Shown: in pieces, positions 9,447 through 21,788 of the stretch
How the letters are laid out: every line of letters begins with the position of its first letter
How positions within the stretch are numbered: position 1 is the stretch's first letter
Source of the DNA: an uncultured Acidobacteriota bacterium
GTDB lineage: Bacteria; Acidobacteriota; Polarisedimenticolia; JACPZX01; DASXTC01
Length of the DNA: 64,000 nucleotides
Reading direction: 5' to 3'
Assembly (NCBI GenBank): GCA_963806495.1
Contig: CAWDYA010000011.1
Location: forward strand, 435,801-499,800
Translations under genes and position numbers: made by a program
Notes under the pieces: generated by a model
What the model saw: the letters and a program-made list of their open reading frames with translations, nothing else
What the model was told of the DNA's origin: nothing
Database searches by the model: none

Positions 9447-9511
9447 GACCAGGGAGCGGGCTCTCCACCGCGTTCTTGCGGGGGGGAACAGCGAGCACCC
9501 GCTCCCTGGTC
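9447..9511. other. Perfect 14-bp inverted repeat with 37-nt spacer in a 430-bp intergenic region
   Basis: gaccagggagcggg (9447-9460) pairs with cccgctccctggtc (9498-9511). Confidence 0.5.
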
Positions 9512-9757
9512 GCTCTGCAGCACGAGGCGACCCCCCTGCCCGAAGTTACCCCGTGCATCGGTTGATATGACGTCTGCGGGCGCAGTTTCCCTCAGGCGGG
9601 ATTCGATCTTTTTCGCCGCGGGGTGACCTTGAAGATCACCCGCATCTCATCGACGGCTCACCGGATGCTCATGTCTTTTGCGCGGCGTGGACGTACCCTC
9701 GATCCGCAGATGGCGGCACCGGGCCATGGTGCCCCACATGGGTGAAGGGAGGCCGCG

Positions 9758-10495
9758 GTGCGGACGAACCTCTGGTTGCGCTACTTCTCGTTCAACGCCC
9801 GGGCCGTCCGGGACATCCCCTGGGAGATCGGTGCCGACCTGCCCGCCGAGGAGGTCCATATCGTCGTCCCGTCCCTCCGGGAGTTCCAGATCGGCGAGAG
9901 CTCGGACGGCAGTCAGCTCCTGTGTGCCGCGGACCGGTGGGCGGCCCGGGCAGGCGACGAGAGCCTCCCTGAGGCGATAGCTCTGTTCGTCGCCGAGGAG
10001 CAGCGTCACGCGGCGGAGCTCGAACGGTTCCTGCTGATCAATGGTCAGGGAATCGAGCGGCGCAACACGGCCGATACGGCGTTCCGTGTGCTTCGCCATC
10101 TGACGGGTGGGCTGGAGGGGTCACTGGTGGTTCTGATGACCGCCGAGATCATCGGCTACGCCTACTACAGCGCGCTTCGCGCCGGGACCGGGTCGTCGCT
10201 GCTGCGCTCGCTGTGCGACGTCTTCCTGCGCGACGAGGCGCTCCATCTCCTCTTCCACATCGACACCCTGGCGCGGGCGCGTCGGGGAAGAACACGGGCG
10301 GAGCTGTGGCCCGGGTGGGTCGTCTCCCGGATCCTGATGGGCGGCGCCGCCTCGTGGGCCTGGCTGCGCCATCGTGAGGTGTTCACGAGGGGCGGGCTGA
10401 CGTTCACCGGATTCGCAAGCGTCTGCTTCGGACGGTTGAGACTCTCGGAGTCGCCGCCGCCCGCCCCCCGTCATGCCCGCCTTACTTCTCTTTGA
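9758..10495 (+). CDS. Ferritin-like di-iron carboxylate family protein (hypothetical function)
   Basis: GTG start 5 nt after GGGAGG. Two ExxH motifs (EEQRH, DEALH) in a helical protein. Confidence 0.6.
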   Translation: MRTNLWLRYFSFNARAVRDIPWEIGADLPAEEVHIVVPSLREFQIGESSDGSQLLCAADRWAARAGDESLPEAIALFVAEEQRHAAELERFLLINGQGIERRNTADTAFRVLRHLTGGLEGSLVVLMTAEIIGYAYYSALRAGTGSSLLRSLCDVFLRDEALHLLFHIDTLARARRGRTRAELWPGWVVSRILMGGAASWAWLRHREVFTRGGLTFTGFASVCFGRLRLSESPPPAPRHARLTSL

Positions 10496-11054
10496 TCACG
10501 CCGCACGCCACGCGCGGCCCGGCGTTGCCGGACGGCTGCGACTCGAGATCGTCCCTGCCGCCGTGCACGATGACCGCGAGCCCGATGATGGAGTTCTCGC
10601 CTTCGAGCGACGGCTTGGTGAAGACCTTGTCGATGTGCGCGTTGCCCGAGGCGTCGGCCATGATATTGCCCATGTCGCCGACGTGGGACTCGGGCGTGTT
10701 CGGCGCGCCATGAGGCGTGCCGGTCGGATTGAAGTGCCCTCCGGCCGAGCTGCCGTCCGGGGCCGAGCAGTCGCCCTTCTCATGGATGTGGAATCCGTGA
10801 TCGCCGGGTGTCAGCCCGCTGATGTCGGCGACCACGCGGACGCCCTTCTCCTGCTCGGTGAACGTCACGGTGCCTTTCACCTCGTTGCCCTGTGTCGGCT
10901 GCAGGTCGGCCACGGCGCTCATGGCCATGGTCTCCTTGGCTGATTTCGTCTGGGTCTTGTTCTCCGCGCTCTCGCTCGTGGTCGCGCAGGCGCACAGCGC
11001 CACCGCGGTCGAGCACGCGATGAGGGACAGCATGATCTTGCGTGGAGCGTTCAT
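10482..11054 (-). CDS. sodC: Cu/Zn superoxide dismutase, lipoprotein precursor
   Basis: ATG at 11054 preceded by GAGGAGG. Lipobox LIACSTAVALCAC. Motifs GFHIHEKGDC, GGHFNP, HVGDMGN, VIVHGGRDD, RVACGVI. Confidence 0.9.
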   Translation of the reverse strand: MNAPRKIMLSLIACSTAVALCACATTSESAENKTQTKSAKETMAMSAVADLQPTQGNEVKGTVTFTEQEKGVRVVADISGLTPGDHGFHIHEKGDCSAPDGSSAGGHFNPTGTPHGAPNTPESHVGDMGNIMADASGNAHIDKVFTKPSLEGENSIIGLAVIVHGGRDDLESQPSGNAGPRVACGVIKEK

Positions 11055-11334
11055 GGATTCCTCCTCATTCCGGTCGTGGATTCGGATGATGTCGAGCGAT
11101 TCGTGCCGTGTCCGGCAGCCGGCCGGAGCGACCCGGAGCGGGACGGCGGATTCGACATCCGCACGGTTCCGGGCGGCCGACGGCGCCGGGGAGACGCACG
11201 CGGTCTCCGTCATCATCGTATGATCGCCGGGCCCCGGATACAACCGGCGTTCCGGCCGTGCCTGAAGCCTTCCGGAGGTTCAGGCTATAATCGGCCCTCT
11301 ACGGCGCCTTCGCGCCGGTACGGGATGGAGGAAG

Positions 11335-12573
11335 ATGCCGACACGCACCGCCCCCACGCGCCGTCTCGCGATCCTGCTCGTGTCGCTGTCCGTTCTCCTG
11401 ACCGGCTGCATCCATGGCGGCAAGGCGCTGCGTGTCAGCCACGAGGGACAGAACGAGGCGATCCAGCGCCGCATCGGCGAGCAGCTCCTGCTCAACCTGG
11501 TGCGCCTGAAGTACCGCGACAATCCGCTGTTTCTCAAGATCGGCAACGTCGTGGTCCACTTCGAGTTCCGCGGGACCGCCGGCGGCGCGGTCACCCTCGA
11601 GGAGGGCGGGCCGACCGTCCTGTCGGTGCCGGGCAGCCTCACCGCGGCGGAGGAGCCGACCTTCACCTTCACACCGATGCAGGACGACGAGTTCGTCAAC
11701 CGCATGCTGAGGCCGATCGACATCGACACGCTCGTGCTGCTCCAGCGTTCCGGGTGGAGCGTCGACCGGGTGGTGCGGCTGGCGGTGCAGAGCATGAGCG
11801 GGCTGGACAACCTCACGAGCGCCTCGGGTGTCACACCGGCCGTCGCCGGCGGCTACGAGGCGTTCGCGCGCGTCTCACGGGCGCTGCGATCCCTTCAGGT
11901 CTCGGGCGACGTCGTGCTGGGGTACGAGCAGCGACGCACCGACCTGTCGGATGACGTACCCGCCGGCTCCGTCTCGGGCGCCGACCTGGTGGCCGCGGCC
12001 AAGGAAGGGTACCGGTTCGTCTCGTCCGAGGACGGCCGGTCGCTGCGTCTGACGAAGGAGAATCTCGTGCTGACGCTCGCCTTCTCGGCCGCCAGCCGGG
12101 AAGACGGCCGCGCGACGCCGGTGATCGAGGCGCTCGGGCTCGACCCGACCGCACCGCGCTACGAGATCGACGTCGCCACGAGCGTCCTGCCGGAGAAGAT
12201 GGAGCCGCCGGGCACCCGGCGCCGGATTTTCGTCTCGACCCGATCGCTGCTCGGCGCGATGTTCTATCTCTCCCAGGCGATCGAGGTGCCGCCTCAGGAC
12301 GTCGATCGGGGCCTCGTCACCCTGACGCTCGATGCCGCCGGCCACCCGTTCGACTGGAGCCGGGTCACCGGAGATCTGCTGCACGTGCGTACTGCCCCCG
12401 ACAAGCCCGAGGGCGTGGCGGTGGCCGTTCGCCACCGCGGCCACTGGTTCTACATCGCGGACAGCGACCTCGAGTCCAAGTCGACCTTCGCCCTGCTGCT
12501 GCAGCTCTTCGCCCTGCAGTCGGGCTCGGCCGCCGAACCCTCTCCCGTGCTGACACTGCCCGTCGGAAACTAG
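11335..12573 (+). CDS. Hypothetical lipoprotein
   Basis: RBS GGAGGA. Signal plus lipobox LLVSLSVLLTGC. 412-aa ORF with no recognisable catalytic motif. Confidence 0.7.
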   Translation: MPTRTAPTRRLAILLVSLSVLLTGCIHGGKALRVSHEGQNEAIQRRIGEQLLLNLVRLKYRDNPLFLKIGNVVVHFEFRGTAGGAVTLEEGGPTVLSVPGSLTAAEEPTFTFTPMQDDEFVNRMLRPIDIDTLVLLQRSGWSVDRVVRLAVQSMSGLDNLTSASGVTPAVAGGYEAFARVSRALRSLQVSGDVVLGYEQRRTDLSDDVPAGSVSGADLVAAAKEGYRFVSSEDGRSLRLTKENLVLTLAFSAASREDGRATPVIEALGLDPTAPRYEIDVATSVLPEKMEPPGTRRRIFVSTRSLLGAMFYLSQAIEVPPQDVDRGLVTLTLDAAGHPFDWSRVTGDLLHVRTAPDKPEGVAVAVRHRGHWFYIADSDLESKSTFALLLQLFALQSGSAAEPSPVLTLPVGN

Positions 12574-12586
12574 CCCGGGTCGGCCC

Positions 12587-13477
12587 TCACCTCCGGTGCA
12601 CCGCCATGGCGACTCCCCCGATCACGAGCGCGGCGCCCGCCATCATCCGCGCGGTCAGCGGCTCGCCCCGCATGACCCCGATGATCACCGCCACGACCGG
12701 CACCACATAGGCGATCAGCGCCAGCCGTTTTGCCGGCATGTGCGACAGCAGCCAGTAATACAGGCTGAAGGTGACCGCCGAGCCCGGGATCGCGAGATAC
12801 AGCAGCGTGCCGATCGACGAGGCGTCGAAGATCAGGTGGACGTCCCGCTCCACGGAGAGAGCCACCGCGGCCATGACGCCCGAGGTCATCGCCATCGGCA
12901 CGACGGTGAGCGAGAGCGGATGGATCCCGTGCCCCCATCGCTTGACCGCGACGCTACCGAATGCCGACGAAAGGGGCGAGGCGAGCATGACCGCCGAGGC
13001 GATGGCCACTTCGCGTCCTCCGAGCGCCGTGAAGTCCTCGGAGAAGATGACGGCCACCCCGCCGAAACCGACGAGCGCCCCCGCCACCTCGCGCAGCGAG
13101 AGGGACTCGGCGGGCAGCGCCACATGCGCCAGCAGCGCCACGAAGAGCGGGTAGGTGGCGAACAGCACCGCGGCCAGCCCCGAGGGGATCCACTGCTCGC
13201 ACCAGTAGACGACACCGTAGGAGACGGTGAACGAGAGAGTCCCGTTGGCCAGCCAGAGCAACCGCTCGCGGCGCGTGCGGCCGAGCCGCACCCGCATGGC
13301 CAGCGCGGCCGCGAACAGCACAGAGGAGGCGATCGCGAAGCGCATCGAGACCGCGGCGAACGGCGGCAGCCCCTGAAGCCCGACCTGGATGATGGACCAG
13401 GTGGTGCCCCAGATCAGACACAGGAGACCCATCGCCGCAACAACGGCTCCGCGGCCGGGAGCGACACGCTCGTGCAT
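12587..13477 (-). CDS. EamA/DMT-superfamily transporter
   Basis: About 10 hydrophobic segments in two half-repeats. Start trimmed to MHERVAPG... (ATG 13477); the longer ORF extension is Arg/Pro-rich noise. Confidence 0.8.
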   Translation of the reverse strand: MHERVAPGRGAVVAAMGLLCLIWGTTWSIIQVGLQGLPPFAAVSMRFAIASSVLFAAALAMRVRLGRTRRERLLWLANGTLSFTVSYGVVYWCEQWIPSGLAAVLFATYPLFVALLAHVALPAESLSLREVAGALVGFGGVAVIFSEDFTALGGREVAIASAVMLASPLSSAFGSVAVKRWGHGIHPLSLTVVPMAMTSGVMAAVALSVERDVHLIFDASSIGTLLYLAIPGSAVTFSLYYWLLSHMPAKRLALIAYVVPVVAVIIGVMRGEPLTARMMAGAALVIGGVAMAVHRR

Positions 13478-13568
13478 GCGGCCGAGTCTACCCGATCGTG
13501 ATACTCTCCTTCCCGCCGGCGCTCCGATCGCCCCGGGACGCCGCCGCACGGCTCGGAGAGGCCGCAGG

Positions 13569-16438
13569 ATGACGCCCGGACCAGGCCAGATGCTCGCGCA
13601 ATACCGCATCGTCGAGAAGATCGCCGACGGGGGTATGGGCGTCGTCTACAAGGTATACGACACCAGGCTGCAGCGGCACGTCGCGCTCAAGCTCCTGCGC
13701 CCCGAGCTGACCGCCGACCCCGATTGCCGTGCCCGCCTGCTCGCCGAGGCCCGCGCCGCGGCGGCGGTCAACCACCCCAACATCGCGGCGGTCTACGACG
13801 CCGGCGAGACCGAAGGGGTCGCCTACATCGTGATGGAGCTGGCCGAAGGGGTCACCCTGCGTTCGATGATCGCACAGGGTCGTCTCGAGCCGGCCGACGC
13901 GCTGCGTGTGGCGCACGGCGTCGCGCGCGGCCTGGCGAGCGCCCACCGCAGCCGCGTGGTGCACCGCGATCTGAAGCCGGAGAACATCATCGTCGGCCCC
14001 GATCTGCATGCGAAGATCCTGGACTTCGGGCTCGCGGAGATCCTGGAGAACCCGGTCACGTGCCTCGAGACCGCGGGCGACCCGGCCGAGACGACCACCC
14101 GGGATCTGCGCGTGAGCGATCGCCTCGCGGGCACGATCGCCTACATGTCCCCCGAGCAGGCGCAGGGGCTGCCGGTGGACGCCCGCTCGGACATCTTCTC
14201 GTTCGGGGTGGTGCTGTACGAGATGCTCTCCGGACGCCGCCCGTTCGCCGCCGCCAACGTCACCGCCACCCTCGCGCGGATCCTCGAGTCCGACCCCGAG
14301 CCGCTTCAGGCCCTGCGCGCCGATCTTCCCGAGGGCCTGGCGGGGGTCGCGAGCCGCTGCCTCGAGAAGGACCCGGCCGCACGGTACGAGGATGGAGGCG
14401 GCCTGTCGCGCGCGCTCGAGGATGTTCCGGACGGCGCCGGCCGGCACGCATCCCGAGCGGGTCGCCGCGGTCTCGCCCACGACCATCGCCGTCTTTCCGT
14501 TTCGCGTCCGCGGCTCCTCCGGGCTCGACTATCTCGGCGCGGGGATGGTGGACCTGCTCGGCACGAAGATTGACGGCGCCGGGGAGCTGCGCACGGTGGA
14601 TCCCCACGTGATCCTCTGCTGCGCCGCGAGCGAGGCCGGCGGGCCCGCGGACCCCGACGCGGCGCGGGAGGTGGCCGCGAGGTTCGGGGCGGGCCTGTTC
14701 GTCCTCGGCAGCGTGCTCGCCGCGGGCAGCCTGGTCCAGATTGACGCCTCGCTGTATGACGCGTCCGGGGGCGCGCGGCCCGTATCGAAGGCCTCGGCAC
14801 AGGGCGAGGTCGCCCGGATCTTCGACATGGTCGACAAGCTGGCCGCGGACCTGCTGGCCGGCCGGAGCCGGGGGCCCGCCACGCGGCTGACGCAGATTGC
14901 CGGAGCCACCACCGGGTCGTTCCCCGCGCTGAAGGCGTATCTCGAGGGCGAGAACGAGATGCGCGCCATGCGGCGCACGGCGGCGGTGGAGGCATACCAG
15001 CGCGCCGTGGCGATCGACCCGGGGTTCGGGCTGGCCTGGTACCGGCTCAGCGTCGCCGCCCTCTGGTCGGGTCGGGGGCGGCTCGCGGGGGAGGCCAGCC
15101 GGCAGGCGGTGCGCCACGCCGACCGGCTCACCGAGCGGGACCAGCTGCTGCTCGAGGCATTCGCCGCTTGCGTCAACGGCAGCAACGACGAGGCGGAGCG
15201 GCGCTTCCGCAATATCGTGGGCAGCCATCCCGACGACGTGGAGGCCTGGTACCAGCTCGGCGAGCTGCTGTTCCACTGGGGCCCGTTGCGCGGCCGGCCG
15301 ATTGAGGAGTCGCGTCTTGCCTGGGAGCGCCTCCTGACGCTCGATCCGAAGCACACCAACGGATGGGTGCACATCGCGCTCATGGAGGCAAGGGCCGGCA
15401 ACGCGGCGGGGCTGGACGACGCGGCGAGGAGGATACTGGCGCTGAGCCCGGGCGGAGACCCGGCGTCGTGGATGAGGGCGCTGCTGGCATTCTCGCCGGG
15501 CGGCGAGGAGGAACGGGACGCCGTGATGGACGAGCTGCGGCGCGCGAGCGATCACGTTGTCACCAACACGGTCCGGATCCTCGGCGGCTTCTCGCGCGAT
15601 CCGGCCGCCTCGCTGCCTCTCGCCGGCCTGCTGGTCGAGCCGTTCCGGTCCCCCGAGACCCGCGCGCTGGGGCACATCATCCGCTCCCATCTGCATCTGG
15701 CCCGGGGCCGGTGGGAAGACTGCGCCGCCGATCTGGATCGGGCGGACCGACTGGCTCCCGTCTGGGCCGCCGAGTATCGCGCGCTGCTTGCGACGGCCCC
15801 GTTCCTGCCGGTGGATCCCATGGCGTCCGGCCCCCTGCTTTTTGGGCTGGAACGGATTCGAGGCCGGGAAGGCCGCGGCGGGGGCACGGCCGGACGACTG
15901 GCTGGATCCGCACGAGGGGCTGCACCCGGCGCTGCGGCTCTATCTGCGCGGGCTGATTGAGGTGCGTGCCGGAGAGCCGGCCGCCGCGGAGCGGGCCGCG
16001 GAGGATCTCGAGGCGGCGGACGACGGCGCCCGCGGCACTCTTCCAGCCGACCTCGCCCTGAGCGTGCGGGCGCATGCCGCGGCCGCGGCGGGGCGCACGG
16101 CCGAGGCGCTGTCATTGCTCGAGTCGATGCGATCGGGCTCGCGCTTCGATCAGACGATGTGGTCGCCGTTCCACTCCCAGGCGAGGGAACGGTACCTGCG
16201 GGCGGAGCTCCTGACGACGCTGTCGCGCGAGGAGGAGGCGGTCACCTGGTACAGCTCGTTCGCGGAGGTCAGCGTGTACGACCTGCCCTATCTTGCCCCC
16301 TCGCTCGTGCGGCTTGCCGCCATCCGCGAGCGGCTGGGCCAGCCGCAAAGGGCGGCCGCCGCCCGGGAGCAGGCGCGGCATCTGTGGGACGGCTGCGACG
16401 CCCGGCTGCGGCCCGCGCTCGGGGACCCGGGGGCCTAG
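13569..16438 (+). pseudogene. Ser/Thr protein kinase with TolB-N-like and TPR C-terminal region; two +1 frame disruptions as assembled
   Basis: Kinase motifs GGMGVVYK, HRDLKPENI, DFGLA, SPEQ. Homology continues in another frame after ~14424 (TAPAGTHPERVAAVSPTTIAVFPFRVRG...) and in a third frame after ~15845 (GWNGFEAGK... TPR-like helices). Span length 2870 = 3n+2. Confidence 0.8.
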
Positions 16439-17121
16439 GAACCCCCGGCCGCGGCGAACCGCTCCGCGAGCCAGCCGCCGATGTCGGATATCTCCTCGGG
16501 GCAGACCTCGTGCCCCATCGGATATGTCCGCCAGGTGACCGCGTAGCCGAGCGCCTTCAGGCGATCCCGCGCCGCCTCGCCGCGTGCCGGCGGCACCATC
16601 GGGTCGAACTCCCCGTGCGCGGCGAAGACCGCGTTGCCGGCGTTGGCCTCGGAGCGGCGGGCCTCGACATCCTCCTCGCAGACGAGATAGGTCGACAGCG
16701 CCATGATGCCGGCGAGCCGCTCGGGGTGCCGGAGCCCGACGTGCAGGGCGATTGCCCCGCCCTGTGAGAAGCCGGCCAGGACGATCCTCCCGGACGGCAC
16801 GCCCCTTTCGTTCTCGCGGGTCAGCAGGGCGGAGATTCGGTCCGCCGAGCGGCCGATCCCCTCGGCATCCTGGTCGCGCCGCAGGTCACCGCCGAGGATG
16901 TCGTACCATGCCGGCATGATCAGTCCCATGTTGATGGTGACCGGGCGCGACGGGGCATGCGGGAACACGAACCGGACGCCGAGCCCACGCGGCAGGCCGA
17001 GGTAGGGTACGATCGGCTCGAAGTCATGGCCGTCCGCGCCCAGGCCATGCAGCCAGACGACACTGAATCGCGCCGGGTTGTCCGGCTCGATCTCGACGGT
17101 CCGCAGCAGCTCTTCGCTCAT
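16435..17121 (-). CDS. Phospholipase/carboxylesterase-family alpha/beta hydrolase
   Basis: MSEELLRTVEIEP...VVWLHGLGADGHDF, nucleophile elbow GFSQGG, C-terminal His (YPMGHEV). Confidence 0.85.
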   Translation of the reverse strand: MSEELLRTVEIEPDNPARFSVVWLHGLGADGHDFEPIVPYLGLPRGLGVRFVFPHAPSRPVTINMGLIMPAWYDILGGDLRRDQDAEGIGRSADRISALLTRENERGVPSGRIVLAGFSQGGAIALHVGLRHPERLAGIMALSTYLVCEEDVEARRSEANAGNAVFAAHGEFDPMVPPARGEAARDRLKALGYAVTWRTYPMGHEVCPEEISDIGGWLAERFAAAGGS

Positions 17122-17155
17122 GGGGAACGGAACGGTATCACAGGGAGGCCGGGTC

Positions 17156-17908
17156 TTGCCTGAGGCTTGGGGTCTGTACGGAGCGTTGTTCCTCGCCGGG
17201 CTGGTGGCCGGAACGCTCAACGTCATCGCGGGAGGGGGCTCGTTTCTCACCCTGCCAGCGCTCATCCTGCTGGGCCTGCCGGCCACCGCCGCCAACGCCA
17301 CCAACCGTGTCGGGATCGTGTTCCAGAACGTCGGCGCGGTCTGGAGCTTCCGCCGGCACGGGCTCTTCGAGACGCGCTGGACCTGGACCGCGGCACTGCC
17401 TTCCTGCGCCGGCGCGGTGGGCGGGGCGGTGCTGGCGCTGTGGATCAGCGACGCCGCGTTCAAGCGGATGCTGGTCTTCCTGATGATCGCGGTCACACTC
17501 TGGACGCTGTGGGATCCCGTCGGACGCATCCGGCGGGCTCGTGGCGGCGGGCCCGCCTCGCCCCTGGCGGTCGGCGCGGCCTTCTTCGTGGTGGGCATCT
17601 ACGGCGGGTTCGTCCAGGCGGGCGTCGGGTTCTTCCTGCTGGCGGTCACCACGTACGCCGGCTACGACCTGGTGAAGGGGAACTCGCTCAAGGTCTACTG
17701 CGCGCTGCTGTTCACCATCGTCTCGGTGGTCATCTTCGCGGCCGCCGGCCAGATCGTCTGGGCCGCGGGCGTGGTGCTGGGGCTGGGCAACATGATCGGC
17801 GGGCTGCTCGGCGTCCGGCTGGCGGTGCTCAAGGGGCATCGATGGCTCAAGGGGGTGGTGACGGTCACCATCATCGCGCTGGCGATCAAGCTCTGGCTCA
17901 CCGAGTGA
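17156..17908 (+). CDS. TauE/SafE-family (DUF81) anion exporter
   Basis: LNVIAGGGSFLTLPALILLGLPATAANATNRVG signature and polytopic profile. Start set at TTG 17156, 7 nt after GGGAGG; start uncertain (the ORF is open from 17078). Confidence 0.75.
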   Translation: MPEAWGLYGALFLAGLVAGTLNVIAGGGSFLTLPALILLGLPATAANATNRVGIVFQNVGAVWSFRRHGLFETRWTWTAALPSCAGAVGGAVLALWISDAAFKRMLVFLMIAVTLWTLWDPVGRIRRARGGGPASPLAVGAAFFVVGIYGGFVQAGVGFFLLAVTTYAGYDLVKGNSLKVYCALLFTIVSVVIFAAAGQIVWAAGVVLGLGNMIGGLLGVRLAVLKGHRWLKGVVTVTIIALAIKLWLTE

Positions 17909-17933
17909 GCCGGCCCTTCGCCCCTCTGATAGG

Positions 17934-18191
17934 ATGTCCTGCGTGTCCGACCCGATGCCACGGCCGCCCAGACCGCCGCTGACGACCCCGCGCCCCGACC
18001 GGCTCGACCCGGGCCGGTCCGACTATCACCTGGTCCTCGGGCGGCACGACGCCGCGGTGGCGCGCGGCGAGGACACATACGTCGACCCTTCCACCGGCCT
18101 CCTGGTGATGACGGCGCAGGCGCTGTGGGATCGCGGCCGCTGCTGCGACACCGGGTGTCGCCACTGCCCGTACCCCGGCGCGGAGGACTGA
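17934..18191 (+). CDS. DUF5522-like small Cys-rich protein
   Basis: C-terminal GRCCDTGCRHCPY motif typical of this family (recalled from memory, not searched). Confidence 0.6.
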   Translation: MSCVSDPMPRPPRPPLTTPRPDRLDPGRSDYHLVLGRHDAAVARGEDTYVDPSTGLLVMTAQALWDRGRCCDTGCRHCPYPGAED

Positions 18192-18193
18192 GC

Positions 18194-18502
18194 CTACTTG
18201 CCCGGGAAACCGAGCCAGCCGCGGCTCGCGTAGTCGCACATGATCAGGCTGATGAGAATCACCAGCCAGAACAGCGCCGTGCCCGCCAGCAGCCACAGGA
18301 TCCTGCCGCCCCAGCGCAGATGCATGAAGAACAGCACCACCAGAAGCGCCTTGCCGCAGGCGATCGTGATCGCCACCACGGTGTTGAGGGGTCCCAGGTC
18401 GAAGAACGCCACCCACGCGGTCAGCGCGGTGAGCGCCAGCAGCGCCGCGAAGATGGCGAAGTAGATCCCCGGCGAGACGATGTGTTCCGAGTGTTCCGGC
18501 AT
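18194..18502 (-). CDS. Cytochrome c oxidase subunit IV (prokaryotic caa3-type small subunit)
   Basis: 102 aa, three TM helices, KALLVVLFFMHL motif. Directly follows subunit III. Confidence 0.8.
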   Translation of the reverse strand: MPEHSEHIVSPGIYFAIFAALLALTALTAWVAFFDLGPLNTVVAITIACGKALLVVLFFMHLRWGGRILWLLAGTALFWLVILISLIMCDYASRGWLGFPGK

Positions 18503-19139
18503 CAGTGGCGCCCCAGCAGGTACAGCAACGGAAAGAGGAAGATCCAGATGATGTCCACGAAGTGCCAGTACAGCCCGAAGTTCTCCACCGGCGTGAAGTA
18601 GCTCGCGCTGAACCGGCCCCGCCAGGCCTCACGCACCAGCCAGACCATCAACCCCATGCCGATGATCATGTGCAGCGCGTGCATCCCGGTCATGGCGAAG
18701 TACATCGCGAAGAAGAGCTGCACCTGCCGGCCGAACGGCCCGGGGAAATGAAAGTAGGGCCCGGGCACGAACCCCTCGACCCACTTGTGGTGGTACTCGT
18801 ACGCCTTGATCCCGAGGAAGAGGCCCCCCAGCAGCATGGTCAGCAGCAGGAACAGCACGATCCCGTTGCGTCGTCCGAGCTGCGCGGCGTGCACCGCCAG
18901 CGCCATCGTCAGGCTGCTGCAGATCAGCACGCCGGTGTTGATGCCGCCCAGCACGACGTCCAGCTCGTGGCTTGCCCTCCGTCCAGGCGCCGGGATGCAG
19001 GGTGCGATACACGACGTAGGTCGCGAACAGCCCGCCGAAGAAGAGCACCTCGGTGACGAGGAACACCCACATCCCGAGGCTGGCCGCCTCCTTCTGCTGC
19101 TCGAGATCCACGAAGTGGTGCTGCAGCACCGAATGGGTG

Positions 19140-19147
<8 letters not shown>
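18502..19147 (-). pseudogene. ctaE: Cytochrome c oxidase subunit III; one +1 frame disruption as assembled
   Basis: N-terminus (TTG start, [40 protein letters not shown]) is in one frame. From ~18977 the homology ([24 protein letters not shown]...[25 protein letters not shown]) continues in another. Span 646 = 3n+1. Confidence 0.85.
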
Positions 19148-20755
<1,608 letters not shown>

Positions 20756-20759
<4 letters not shown>

Positions 20760-21766
20760 CGGCTCTCCCCTCCGGGCGGCGCCGACTGTGTCGCGGCGCC
20801 GGCCGCGCCGGCATCACCCGCCGCCGGGGCCTGCCCCTCCGGGCCGATCGACTTCAGGTATTCGATGATCTGCATGAGCCCTTCCTCGTTCACCAGGCCG
20901 CGGAACGTCGGCATCAGCGGCGTGTAACCCTTCACGATCCTGGCCTTCGGGTCGACGATCGACTCACGAAGGTACGCCTCATCCGCCGTGGTGCCGCCCC
21001 CGCCCTCGAACTGGACCTTCGTGCCGTACAGGCCGTGGAGCGACGGACCGCGCCCCTTGTCGTTCTGCTGATGGCAGGAGCTGCAGCCGAGATTGGTGAA
21101 CAACCGCTCGCCGGCGGCTGCCGGCGTCAGACCCCCCGTGCCGCCGCCCAGCCAGTCCTGGAACGCGTCAGGTTCCATGACGATCACCGACCCGATCATC
21201 CCCGAATGCTTCGTGCCGCAGTACTCGGCGCAGAACAGATGGTACGTGCCCGTTTTCGTGGCCTGGAACCAGGTCGTGGTGTACTTGCCGGGCAGCACGT
21301 CCGCCTTGATGCGGAACGCGGGGACGAAGAAGCTGTGGATGACGTCCTCGGAAGTCATCGTCAGCTTCACGGCCCTTCCCACCGGGACGTGCAGCTCGTT
21401 GATCTCCCGCCGCCCGTTCAGGTGCTGCAGCTTCCACATCCAGCGCTTGCCCACCACCAGGATGTCCATGGTGTCGTCGGGAGGACGGTTCAGGTGGAAG
21501 AAGACGTTCGTGCCCCAGACGAAGACGAACATCACGAGCACGAACGGAATCAGCGTCCAGATCACCTCCAGCTTCGTCGAACCGGTGCTCGCACCGACGC
21601 GGCTCGCGCTCGAGCCGCGCCGGTAACGGATCGCGAAAAAGACCAGCAGCCCCGCAATGAGCAGCGACATGACCATCGCCAGCACGACGAGGAACAGGTA
21701 GAGCGCGTCCACGCGGCTCGCGCTGGTCGAGGCCTCGACCGGAAAAAGCGGTAGATCTTTCAGCAT
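20756..21766 (-). CDS. ctaC: Cytochrome c oxidase subunit II with fused C-terminal cytochrome c domain (caa3 type)
   Basis: CuA motif [15 protein letters not shown] and heme c motif CSSCH. ATGA overlap with ctaD. Start trimmed to [13 protein letters not shown] (ATG 21766). Confidence 0.9.
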
Positions 21767-21788
21767 CGGCTCGATCTTCCCTCGCGGC

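Noticed and set aside
9647-10099. 150-aa minus-strand ORF in and beyond the 9326-9757 gap
   Set aside because: Mostly antisense to the ferritin-like gene, with no RBS or motif. The gap is better treated as non-coding.
14260-15696. 478-aa minus-strand ORF and other nested ORFs across the kinase locus
   Set aside because: Antisense or out of frame to the kinase-TPR homology path; low-complexity Arg/Pro/Gly composition.
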